DNA from: a virus
Lineage: Duplodnaviria; Caudoviricetes
Length of the DNA: 28,765 nt
IMG/VR virus record: IMGVR_UViG_3300048783_000012
Location: 1-28,765 of that record
Direction: 5' to 3' (one strand)
The notes beneath the pieces are model-generated. The model was not told the origin of the DNA, did no database searches, and saw nothing but the letters and a program-made list of their open reading frames with translations. Made by a program: the position numbers and the translations under genes. Shown here in pieces: positions 1 through 7,204 of this stretch; within the stretch, counting starts at the first letter, position 1, and each line of letters begins with the position of its first letter.

Positions 1-200
1 GGGAGCGGGCGCTCGCCGGCGAGGTAGCGCCGGAGCGTGCGCGGGTTGGCGCGCGCGACCTCCACCGCGAACACGACGGCCGGCATCGGGCCCGCCTTGC
101 CCTCGCGCGCGTCCGGCGTCGCGTCGATCGCCTGGCGCACGAGGATCGCGTCGGCGACGTGCGGCCCGGTGATCGTCGCGCGGTCGGTAGTTTCTGCCAT
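1..200 (-). CDS. Cro/XRE-like helix-turn-helix DNA-binding protein, 3' end truncated by window (not in ORF track)
   Basis: ATG at 200 with GAGGT RBS. Translates MAETTDRATITGPHVADAILVRQAIDATPDAREGKAGPMPAVVFAVEVARANPRTLRRYLAGERPL...; FAVEVARANPRTLRRYLAGERP resembles a classic HTH recognition helix. Confidence 0.65.
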   Translation of the reverse strand, partial: MAETTDRATITGPHVADAILVRQAIDATPDAREGKAGPMPAVVFAVEVARANPRTLRRYLAGERPL

Positions 201-241
201 ACAAAGAACCTCAGTCGAGTGTGAGTGTCGACGACCCGGGC

Positions 242-270
242 AAGCTAGGGCCGTCGGGCCGCGTCGGCAA
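242..270 (-). promoter_or_regulatory. Promoter/operator cassette copy 1 (degenerate), upstream of HTH gene
   Basis: Minus strand reads cccTTGCCG-17 nt-TAGCTT. Operator GCGGCCCGACGGCCCTA has one perfect half-site. Confidence 0.6.
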
Positions 271-517
271 GGGCCGGCGGGTCGAACTCGAACGCGAGTT
301 GCCGCAATAGCTCGCCGTGATTCTGGCCGCCGCACCGGCACCGACAGCGTGCACCGCGCGAGGCCGCGCACCGTTTCGCCCAACCCTTCGAGCACTCGCG
401 CGGCGCCGGCCGATATTTCTCGAACGCGACGCGCATATCGGCGAGCGTCTCGGCCGGATCGGCGCCGGGCGGCGGGCCCGCCCATCCCGGGCCGGTCTGC
501 CACTCGTCGCCGATCAT
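245..517 (-). CDS. Small Cys-rich putative Zn-binding protein (CxCxCGGxNHG motif), 90 aa
   Basis: ATG at 517 overlaps the upstream TGA (ATGA). Contains CSKGWAKRCAASRGARCRCRCGGQNHG. Confidence 0.65.
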   Translation of the reverse strand: MIGDEWQTGPGWAGPPPGADPAETLADMRVAFEKYRPAPRECSKGWAKRCAASRGARCRCRCGGQNHGELLRQLAFEFDPPALADAARRP

Positions 518-798
518 CGCCGATACCCCTCGGTCGGCACCGGCGCGGCCGGGATGACCGCGGGCTCGGCGCCGGATGCGATGAAAAACGCGCGCGCTTC
601 CTTCACGTGCTCGCAATCCTTCGCCGGGTAGCACCCGCCGAGACAGCCCCACAACCCTTTCGCGTTGAGGCGCACCGTTACCGGCGGCCCGCCTTTCTTG
701 CCGGCGGGCACCTCGAAAATCGTCTTAGCGGCCGACTCGTACACGACGCGCACGCGCGGGCCCTCGACCTCGGGCCCGCGCACCTCGTCGCCGCTCAC
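514..798 (-). CDS. SWIM-like zinc-finger protein, 94 aa
   Basis: GTGA overlap with the upstream gene. VTVRLNAKGLWGCLGGCYPAKDCEHVKEA resembles the SWIM C..C..CxH pattern with atypical C-x3-C spacing. Confidence 0.6.
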   Translation of the reverse strand: MSGDEVRGPEVEGPRVRVVYESAAKTIFEVPAGKKGGPPVTVRLNAKGLWGCLGGCYPAKDCEHVKEARAFFIASGAEPAVIPAAPVPTEGYRR

Positions 799-1370
799 GA
801 CGACACCTCAACCGCGAGGCCGATCGCGCGGAGTTCGCGCGCGATCCGGTGCCAGGAATTTGCGCCGCCCTGTGCGAGACAAAACTCGGCATAGCTGCGC
901 ATCGTCGAGCCCCAACGGCCGTTCGGGTCGGCGATGTCGGCGAGCGCCGTCGGGTTCGCGGCGAGCACCGCGCGCGCCGCGTCGCGCACCGCGCAATCGC
1001 GCGTCCACTCGGCACGGCGCTTCGCTTCCTTGCGCGTCCGCGCGAGTTCGTTTTTCCGCTCGCGCACCGCCTTGTCGACGGCCGAGATCAGCGCGGAGTC
1101 CCGATTGCTTTCGAGCGAGAGTTTCGCGACGCAATCGGAACCGACCGTAAAGCGCTTCCCGTCAGCGCTCAGAATGTGGCACGCGTAGCGGATCCCCTGA
1201 CCGCAATACTTGCACGTGCCCATCGGTTGACCGGGCGCGCCGACTTCGGCCGTCACGCCGGGCGCGATCTGCGTGCGGATCGGGCCGACTTCCTCGGTCA
1301 TGCCAACGAACTTGAACGGCGCGAGGCCGAGGCCGGAACGCTCGAACGGGTGCGGGGCGGTGACAGTCAT
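795..1370 (-). CDS. Phage hypothetical protein with Zn-ribbon-like motif, 191 aa
   Basis: Start re-called to ATG 1370 (ccGAGGTtccgcaaATG). Contains GTCKYCGQGIRYACHI...VGSDCV followed by a charged helix. Confidence 0.75.
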   Translation of the reverse strand: MTVTAPHPFERSGLGLAPFKFVGMTEEVGPIRTQIAPGVTAEVGAPGQPMGTCKYCGQGIRYACHILSADGKRFTVGSDCVAKLSLESNRDSALISAVDKAVRERKNELARTRKEAKRRAEWTRDCAVRDAARAVLAANPTALADIADPNGRWGSTMRSYAEFCLAQGGANSWHRIARELRAIGLAVEVSS

Positions 1371-1425
1371 TTGCGGAACCTCGGTACGGGTGAGCGGCAA
1401 GCGCCGCGGCGTTTCGCCTGACCGT

Positions 1426-1455
1426 ATTATAGGGCCGGTGGCCCTAGCGTGTCAA
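1426..1455 (-). promoter_or_regulatory. Promoter/operator cassette copy 2 (perfect sigma70 consensus)
   Basis: TTGACA(1455-1450)-18 nt-TATAAT(1431-1426). Dyad TAGGGCC-GGT-GGCCCTA at 1430-1446; leader hairpin at 1394-1407. Confidence 0.9.
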
Positions 1456-1463
1456 GGGCCGAG

Positions 1464-1868
1464 TTAGAGCCAAAATCGCTCCCCGTAGAGCGGCCGCTCC
1501 CACCGGTCACGGGTGCGCCAGCTATTCGCCCGGGCGATCCGTTGCATAGCGACCCGGGCGGCGACGATCGGGTCGGCGTCGTATTCGCCGACGAGGAGGT
1601 TACGAAGCTGCGTATAGGTCGGCCGCGCGCGGTCGCATGCTTCGCTCAATGCGATGCCGTAGCCGAGGAACGGTTGCAACACGCGCTCGGCCGTGAGGCG
1701 CGCCCCTTCCTCGTATGCCATCGCGACCGCGTGACAGAGCGAGAGCGTCATCGCCGCGCGCCGGCGCGCTTCCTCGGCGTCGAGGCGCAACCCGAACGCG
1801 CGATCGCCGCGCGGGTCGTTATAGAGCACGATCGCCGTCGAGCGCCGGCGGGTGAGTGTCTTACGCAT
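1464..1868 (-). CDS. Hypothetical protein, 134 aa
   Basis: ATG overlaps the end of the upstream gene; normal composition; stops just before the -35 of cassette 2. Confidence 0.6.
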   Translation of the reverse strand: MRKTLTRRRSTAIVLYNDPRGDRAFGLRLDAEEARRRAAMTLSLCHAVAMAYEEGARLTAERVLQPFLGYGIALSEACDRARPTYTQLRNLLVGEYDADPIVAARVAMQRIARANSWRTRDRWERPLYGERFWL

Positions 1869-2514
1869 CGGCGCGCACCTCGCACGGATCGTCGGCCGGG
1901 TTGACGCCGGCGGCGCCGAGCACGGCGAGCGCCCGCTCGAACGGCGTCGCGCGGTGCACGGCGAGCGCCACCTCGCGCCGGCCGGCGCGGCGATCGAGCG
2001 CGAGTACGTCGTCGATCAGCACGCGCACGAACGCGAGCCCGTCGACGTGCGCCTCGGCACTCGCGCACGCGGCGAGGTCGCTCGCATAGTGCGGAATCGG
2101 CTCGCGGCGATACGGCGTATCGGGCCGCACGATCCGCCACCGCCGCGGCGAGTCCGTGTCGACCTCGGCGACCGGGAGCCCGACGACGCGCGCCGCGATC
2201 AATGCCTCGACGCGGGCGCGCGTCTCGCTCGTCGGCGCCGACGGATCCGCCGCCTCGGTCGCGATCGCGGCCTCGCGCACGAGTTCGTCGACGGCCTCGC
2301 GCCAGTGATCGCGCTCGGCGGTGTGATGGTCGAGCGCGGCGAGCGCCGAGGCGAGCCGATGATCGGACGGGCGCGAGGCCGCGATGTCACGTGCGGTTTG
2401 CGCGAGCACCGCGAACGCCAGGCCGCGCTTTCGCTCGGCGTCGGCGAGTTGCGTGCGGGAGGCGGCGAGCGCCTCGCGCACGGGGACGGCATTGGTGCGG
2501 GCTATGGTCGTCAT
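1861..2514 (-). CDS. Helical N-terminus plus phage ABA-sandwich (BC1872/NinX-like) domain, 217 aa
   Basis: C-terminal half has ALIAARVVGL...IPHYASDLAAC...ATPFERALAVL, matching my recollection of the ABA-sandwich consensus (L.A..V.G...P.YS.D..AA...). GAGGG RBS. Confidence 0.6.
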   Translation of the reverse strand: MTTIARTNAVPVREALAASRTQLADAERKRGLAFAVLAQTARDIAASRPSDHRLASALAALDHHTAERDHWREAVDELVREAAIATEAADPSAPTSETRARVEALIAARVVGLPVAEVDTDSPRRWRIVRPDTPYRREPIPHYASDLAACASAEAHVDGLAFVRVLIDDVLALDRRAGRREVALAVHRATPFERALAVLGAAGVNPADDPCEVRADA

Positions 2515-2530
2515 TGGGGAGTCCCTCGGG

Positions 2531-3235
2531 TTAGATGTCGGATTCGCACGGCGGATATGCCGGGCGCGGTGCGGGTGCGGCGGGCGGCCAGGGCGCCGGG
2601 TACATCCAAAACCGGCCGATTTTCACCATACCCGGCGCCGGCGGCTCGCCGGCGACGCGGCGCGGTTTCGCCGGGCCGGCGGCCTTGCGTGCCGCGTTGA
2701 CCCGGGCGAGCGCGGCGAGTGCCGCCGGCGACGGCGCACGGCTCGCGCGCGGTGCCGTGTAGCGCACGCGGTTCGCCTTGAATGCGTCGCGCAACGCGGC
2801 GTGCGCCTCGGCGCCGAGGAAGTGCCGCACGAGGAGTAGATAGCGCGAACAGAACTCCCACCCGTGCCACGCGCCCGGCATCTTCGACCAAAAGCGCACG
2901 CCGGCACCGCGTTCGAGTGTGCGCGGATACAGCACGTGCGCGAGTTCGTGCAACAGGTAGTAGCGCGATCGGGTCCAGACCGGCATGGCGATCGACCCGC
3001 CCGACGCGGACCCGCGCCGGCGCGCGCGGCCGTCCGTGACGACGACGCGGGTGCGGCACCCCGGGAACGTGCGGCGCGTCCACGCCGACGCGACGACCTT
3101 GTCGACGAATGCTTGCGAGTCGGCGAGCGCCGGCAGTTCTGGCCGCCCCGCGAGACCGGCCTCGCGCGCGGCCGCGAACGCGACCCGCTCGGCGCGATAG
3201 CACTTCTCGCGCTGGACATCGCGCGGCGCGCTCAC
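2531..3235 (-). CDS. HEXXH zinc metallohydrolase, TIGR04338 (Rv0185)/SprT-like, 234 aa
   Basis: Start re-called to GTG 3235 (GTGA overlap). Contains RDVQREKCYRAE...QAFVDKV...IAMPVW...LLHELAH...HGWEF, the motif pattern of that family. Confidence 0.75.
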   Translation of the reverse strand: MSAPRDVQREKCYRAERVAFAAAREAGLAGRPELPALADSQAFVDKVVASAWTRRTFPGCRTRVVVTDGRARRRGSASGGSIAMPVWTRSRYYLLHELAHVLYPRTLERGAGVRFWSKMPGAWHGWEFCSRYLLLVRHFLGAEAHAALRDAFKANRVRYTAPRASRAPSPAALAALARVNAARKAAGPAKPRRVAGEPPAPGMVKIGRFWMYPAPWPPAAPAPRPAYPPCESDI

Positions 3236-3609
3236 CGGATCACCTCGACGGCGACGACCGTCGCCCGACCGAACCATGCGTCGCCGTTTCGGCGCTCGCA
3301 CTCTTTCGCGGCGAGATCGGCGCGGGAATGGAACGAGATCGACCACGGGCGCCCCTCGGCGAACGCGACCTCGCGCTCGGCGAGCGCCTTGCGGTCGCGG
3401 TCTAGCGATACCTCTAACTCGGCCAGCGTCCACGAACCCCATGAACCCGCGGCGACGTGCGCCTCGAACTCGGCAACCGACTGGCGATAGTGGGCGAGTT
3501 CGAGTCGGCCGACCAGCGAGATCACCGCGTGCGTCAGCGGGCGAACGCTCTTTGTCTCGAACGTGACGCCGGCGAGCGTCGCGGCGTAGGTGACGGCGGG
3601 CTTTTTCAT
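3232..3609 (-). CDS. Hypothetical protein, 125 aa
   Basis: Start re-called to ATG 3609 (ccGAGGTtgccagATG), directly after cassette 3; begins MKKPAVTYAATLAGVTFETKSVRPLTHAV. Confidence 0.75.
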   Translation of the reverse strand: MKKPAVTYAATLAGVTFETKSVRPLTHAVISLVGRLELAHYRQSVAEFEAHVAAGSWGSWTLAELEVSLDRDRKALAEREVAFAEGRPWSISFHSRADLAAKECERRNGDAWFGRATVVAVEVIR

Positions 3610-3665
3610 CTGGCAACCTCGGCGAAAGTGTGGTGCGGCAATGCGCCGCGTTTCGTGTGAGGGAC

Positions 3666-3695
3666 AGTATAGGGCCGTCGGCCCTAGTCTGTCAA
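3666..3695 (-). promoter_or_regulatory. Promoter/operator cassette copy 3
   Basis: TTGACA(3695-3690)-18 nt-TATACT(3671-3666). Perfect dyad TAGGGCCG-T-CGGCCCTA at 3670-3686; leader hairpin at 3635-3649. Confidence 0.9.
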
Positions 3696-3974
3696 GGGCG
3701 CCGGCGAACTTTCTTTGACGGACCTTCCGTCGTCGCACGCCGAGAGGAGCACGAACGGCGCGTCATGCCGGACGCGTTGCTCGAACACGCGCAACCCGTC
3801 GGCGGTCGCTTCGAGCCGGCCGACGACGACAACGTCGTCGCCGTGCTTTGGCTCGCCGCGCACCTGGCGCGCGTCCGTCCAGACGACGCGGGAGCCCGGG
3901 CGGCGCGCCTCGAACATGCCGCCCGTGCCGTAGTGCGCGACGAGATCCCACGCGGTGACGGTGCGCGGTTCCAC
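3684..3974 (-). CDS. Hypothetical beta-rich small protein, 96 aa
   Basis: Start re-called to GTG 3974, 1 nt after the upstream TAA. Its stop TAG lies inside the operator of cassette 3. Confidence 0.55.
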   Translation of the reverse strand: MEPRTVTAWDLVAHYGTGGMFEARRPGSRVVWTDARQVRGEPKHGDDVVVVGRLEATADGLRVFEQRVRHDAPFVLLSACDDGRSVKESSPAPLTD

Positions 3975-3975
3975 G

Positions 3976-4614
3976 TTAGCGGCCCTCGCTCGGGAGGTCG
4001 ACGATGTGCTCGTCGTGTAGCGTCGTGAACGTCCGCTCGCCGCGTAGCTCGAACGTTTGGTGCCGACCCTCGGCGATCGCGCGGTTATGCCGGCGGTCCT
4101 GCTCGGCCGTGAGGAGCGCGAGGCGCGCTTTGACGTCGGGATAGCCGGCATCGAATCGCGTGTGCGAGTGCTGGACGGCCCAATAGAGATCGCCGTCGGC
4201 CATCGCCGCGATCTCGCGCTCGGCATCCTCGACGAGCGCCGCGGCGTGCGCGACCTCGATCGCGCCGCGGAAATAGTCGGCATGCATGCATACCGTGCGC
4301 TTGGTCGGATCCTCGGCGACCCATGCCTCGGCCGCCCGCAACGCGCTCTCGAACGTGCCGTCGACGTCCCCGCGGCGCGACGAGGCGATCAGCGCGAAGT
4401 TTTCGAGGCCCGACGCGTGACGGAGCGAATAGCCGTAGGCGGTCGGCATAATTTCGGCTTCGAGGAACCGGGCGCGCCAGAGTTCCGATTGCACGCGGCA
4501 TAGCGATTCACTATCGAAGCACCCTGGCGCGAAGTCCGACGGGCGCGCATTGGCGCGGGTGAACTCGGCGACGTGCGCGGCGGCGGCGTGTCCGACGATC
4601 GTCAGTCTCGGCAT
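3976..4614 (-). CDS. Hypothetical protein, 212 aa
   Basis: ATG with AGGT RBS, first gene after cassette 4; normal amino-acid composition; no motif recognised. Confidence 0.75.
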   Translation of the reverse strand: MPRLTIVGHAAAAHVAEFTRANARPSDFAPGCFDSESLCRVQSELWRARFLEAEIMPTAYGYSLRHASGLENFALIASSRRGDVDGTFESALRAAEAWVAEDPTKRTVCMHADYFRGAIEVAHAAALVEDAEREIAAMADGDLYWAVQHSHTRFDAGYPDVKARLALLTAEQDRRHNRAIAEGRHQTFELRGERTFTTLHDEHIVDLPSEGR

Positions 4615-4670
4615 GATGGCACCTATCGAAAGAGTGTGCGCGGCGAGTGCCGCATTTCGGTCGTGCGTCC

Positions 4671-4700
4671 AATCTAGGGCCGACGGCCCTACGGTGTCAA
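4671..4700 (-). promoter_or_regulatory. Promoter/operator cassette copy 4
   Basis: TTGACA(4700-4695)-18 nt-TAGATT(4676-4671). Perfect dyad TAGGGCCG-A-CGGCCCTA at 4675-4691; leader hairpin at 4640-4653. Confidence 0.88.
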
Positions 4701-4822
4701 GGGCTCGTGAGCACGAGGTATAGCGCCCGCGTCGCGGCCAGCGTCGCCAGGATCGCGAACGCGCCCGGCGGCGGTTCGAGCCACGCGAGCGCCGCGGCGA
4801 GCGTCTCGACGGCGCGGCGCAC
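4697..4822 (-). CDS. Small hydrophobic peptide, 41 aa (not in ORF track)
   Basis: GTG 2 nt after the upstream TAA. MRRAVETLAAALAWLEPPPGAFAILATLAATRALYLVLTSP; TGA falls within the TTGACA of cassette 4. Confidence 0.5.
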   Translation of the reverse strand: MRRAVETLAAALAWLEPPPGAFAILATLAATRALYLVLTSP

Positions 4823-4824
4823 GG

Positions 4825-4929
4825 TTAGAAGCGGCCGCCCGGCGTCATGCCCTTGCCGAACACGACGAGCCCGGCGACGGCGACGAGGAGCGCGAACCCG
4901 AGCGGATAAGTACGGATAAGGTCGAGCAT
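4825..4929 (-). CDS. Small single-pass membrane peptide, 34 aa (not in ORF track)
   Basis: ccGAGGTtcctcacATG start. MLDLIRTYPLGFALLVAVAGLVVFGKGMTPGGRF; directly after cassette 5. Confidence 0.7.
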   Translation of the reverse strand: MLDLIRTYPLGFALLVAVAGLVVFGKGMTPGGRF

Positions 4930-4959
4930 GTGAGGAACCTCGGAACAGGGTGTGCGCGG

Positions 4960-4989
4960 ACTCTAGGGCCAGCGGCCCGCCGGTGTCAA
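4960..4989 (-). promoter_or_regulatory. Promoter/operator cassette copy 5 (one half-site degenerate)
   Basis: TTGACA(4989-4984)-18 nt-TAGAGT(4965-4960). Operator TAGGGCC-AGC-GGCCCGC at 4964-4980; no leader hairpin. Confidence 0.8.
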
Positions 4990-5014
4990 CCTTTCGGGTT
5001 CCGTGCGGGTCGCC

Positions 5015-5818
5015 CTACGGCCATACCTTGACGCCGGCGAGCGCGCCGGGCCCGGCGTACACGTGCCCGTCGGGCGCGCGCACGGCCGCCACGCCGGCCG
5101 AGACGCCGACGCGGTCGACGAGCTTGCGCCACGTCGAGCGCGTGTCGCCAGCGGCCGCCACGAGCGCCGGCGAGCGGCATACCTCGGGCGCTTGCTCGAC
5201 GGCGCCGACGGTGATCGTTGCCCATGCGGGCCCGACGACTGTCACCGAGGCCGGGCGGATCCCGTGCGCGTCGGCGGGCCCGCACCCGAGGCGCGGCGCG
5301 ATGGTGATCGGATCGAGACGCACGGCGAGGTCGATCGACCCCGTCGCCGGCGGCGGTGCGAGCGTGACGGCGGCGCGCACATGGTACGGCGCCGAGTCGA
5401 CGTCGAACGTTTGCGAGAGCGCGCCGCCGGCGCCGGCCGTCACGGGTCCATGTCCCGTCGCCGACGCGCGGAGCGCGCGCACCGTGGCCGTGAGGTCGAG
5501 ACGCGCCGTGCGTTCGAGCCCGAGCGCGCGGTCGAGCGCGTCGGACTCTTGCCGGAGTTGCGTCACGAGCCGTTGCACCGCGGCCAGCGAGTCGGGCAAC
5601 ACGCCGCGCGGGAGCGCGAGGCGGCGCGTCGTGTCGTGCGCCGCGATCGTGTTCGAGTTCGCGAGCGCCGCGGCGGCCGCCTCGCGGCGTAGCGCGGCGA
5701 TCGTGTGCCGTTGCCACCAGAACACGCCGAGCGCCGCCAGGATGACCGCGCACACCGCCGCGGCGACGAGGATCGCCGCACGATTGCGCACGATCGGGAG
5801 CGGGAGCGCCGGCGTCAC
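5015..5818 (-). CDS. Spanin-position membrane protein: N-terminal TM, coiled coil, beta-rich C-terminus, 267 aa
   Basis: Start re-called to GTG 5818 (GAGGG upstream). AILVAAAVCAVILAALGVFWW is a likely TM, followed by a helical region and terminal RVGVSAGVAAV...HVYAGPGALAGVKVWP. Lies immediately after the endolysin. Confidence 0.6.
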   Translation of the reverse strand: MTPALPLPIVRNRAAILVAAAVCAVILAALGVFWWQRHTIAALRREAAAAALANSNTIAAHDTTRRLALPRGVLPDSLAAVQRLVTQLRQESDALDRALGLERTARLDLTATVRALRASATGHGPVTAGAGGALSQTFDVDSAPYHVRAAVTLAPPPATGSIDLAVRLDPITIAPRLGCGPADAHGIRPASVTVVGPAWATITVGAVEQAPEVCRSPALVAAAGDTRSTWRKLVDRVGVSAGVAAVRAPDGHVYAGPGALAGVKVWP

Positions 5819-5828
5819 GGGCGGGCCC

Positions 5829-6419
5829 TCATAGCGCGGCGAGGTCGCCGAACACGTACAGCCCCGCGTCGCTCTTGCTTCCTCGGATCCGCCCCGTGTA
5901 GGCGCCGTTCCCGTTCCGCGAGCTTGGATCCTTCGGGTCGGCCGCGTTGCCCTCGGTGCAGTAGAACCCGCGCCCGCCGTCGGCCCGCCGCACGGCGAGT
6001 GCCTCGTCGGCGGTGCCGATGTGGAGTTTCGCGCCGACGAAAAAGGTGTGATGCGCGTGCGGTTTGCCGGTCGACATATCGACGAGCAACCCAACCCACC
6101 CGAGCACCGAGGCCGGGTCGCGCGCGAGTGCGAAATCGAACTCGGCACGCGTGCGGAGCGCGCCCTTGCGCGCCAGGTAGGCGCGCTGCTCCTCGCACGA
6201 TCCCGTCATCAGCAACGGCCACGCACGGCCGAACGTCTCGACGCCGACGCGCGACACGAACGACATGCACCAATAGTCGGGCGGCCGGTTGCCCGTCGCG
6301 TGCTGGCACCACTCGACGCCCTCGCCGGCATTGGCGCCGGCGTACTCGCGAATGAAGCGATACGCGCACGCCTGGCGTATGAGCGCCTCGCGCCACGTGA
6401 TCGACTCGGGCAACCTCAT
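5829..6419 (-). CDS. Endolysin, CHAP-type amidase/peptidase, 196 aa
   Basis: IREYAGANAGEGV...YWCMSFVS (catalytic Cys), HHTFFV (His) and CTEGN are hallmarks of CHAP endolysins; sits in the lysis position. Confidence 0.85.
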   Translation of the reverse strand: MRLPESITWREALIRQACAYRFIREYAGANAGEGVEWCQHATGNRPPDYWCMSFVSRVGVETFGRAWPLLMTGSCEEQRAYLARKGALRTRAEFDFALARDPASVLGWVGLLVDMSTGKPHAHHTFFVGAKLHIGTADEALAVRRADGGRGFYCTEGNAADPKDPSSRNGNGAYTGRIRGSKSDAGLYVFGDLAAL

Positions 6420-7204
6420 TGCGCACCGTCCGGCGTCGTCGCGCCCATTGGCGGGAGTGAGCGCGGCGGCTCGCCCGTCGGCCCGCGCTCCTCGACGATC
6501 GTGCGCGTGATCTGCTCGTTCACGTTGTGCGATTCCGAGCGCGTGTCGCTCTTGCTATCGCTCTTGCTATCGCTCGTCGAGGCCGATCGCGTCTCGGCGT
6601 CGGATTCGGTGCGCGAGAATGCGCTCGCGATCGTCGACGCGGCGCTCGCCGAGAGCCCCGTTTTCTCGACCACGGCGAGTAACACCTTCGTCCCGAATGA
6701 CGCGGCGATGATCCAGCACGCGACGACGGCCGGCAAGTTCGCGGAAATCGCATAGTGCACGAGCACGCCGACGCACACGAGTTTCGAGAATGAGAGCCGG
6801 CCGTCGGTGCCGGTGAACGGATGCACGAGCCACACGGCGAGGCGCTCGCCCGAGGCGCCACGGTGCGCCGCGAGCACGAGCACGAGCGCGAGCAGCGTGC
6901 CGACCACGGCGTACAGGATCCACGCCGGGAGCGGCGACGGGGCAATGAGCGACGTCGGGAGTTTGACCGCCGGCAACGCGGGCACGCGGCGCGGCGTCGT
7001 ATCGGTGGCCGCGGCCGCCGAGTCGCCGCCGGCGATCGTGACGCCAGTGACGCCGCCCGAGTCGACGCGCGTCGCCGAGCGCCGCGTCGAGTCGCCGGTC
7101 GACGTCGAGACGGTCACGGTCGTCGAGGTCGACGCGGCGCGGTGCGACGTGTCGACCCCGGTCGACGTTTGCAGCGCGAGTGCGAGCAATAGCGCGGCGA
7201 TCAT
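6416..7204 (-). CDS. Holin candidate: signal peptide, S/T-rich ectodomain, 2-3 TM helices, polar tail, 262 aa
   Basis: ATG 7204 overlaps the upstream TGA. Contains MIAALLLALALQ, WILYAVVGTLLALVLVLAA, DGRLSFSKLVCVGVLV and AVVACWIIAASFG; directly upstream of the endolysin. Confidence 0.55.
   Translation of the reverse strand: MIAALLLALALQTSTGVDTSHRAASTSTTVTVSTSTGDSTRRSATRVDSGGVTGVTIAGGDSAAAATDTTPRRVPALPAVKLPTSLIAPSPLPAWILYAVVGTLLALVLVLAAHRGASGERLAVWLVHPFTGTDGRLSFSKLVCVGVLVHYAISANLPAVVACWIIAASFGTKVLLAVVEKTGLSASAASTIASAFSRTESDAETRSASTSDSKSDSKSDTRSESHNVNEQITRTIVEERGPTGEPPRSLPPMGATTPDGAQ

Noticed and set aside
242-4989. Repeats read as a CRISPR array or integron attC sites
   Set aside because: Spacing is irregular and gene-sized, the repeats carry -35/-10 boxes, there are no GTTRRRY core sites, and no cas or integrase gene is in the window.
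1426-4989. MerR-type activator promoters (dyad within the spacer)
   Set aside because: MerR promoters have 19-20 nt spacers. These have 16-18 nt with near-consensus boxes, which fits repression better.
6546-6575. 12-bp tandem repeat TCGCTCTTGCTA (2.5 copies)
   Set aside because: In-frame SDSK duplication in a low-complexity tail; no sign of phase variation.
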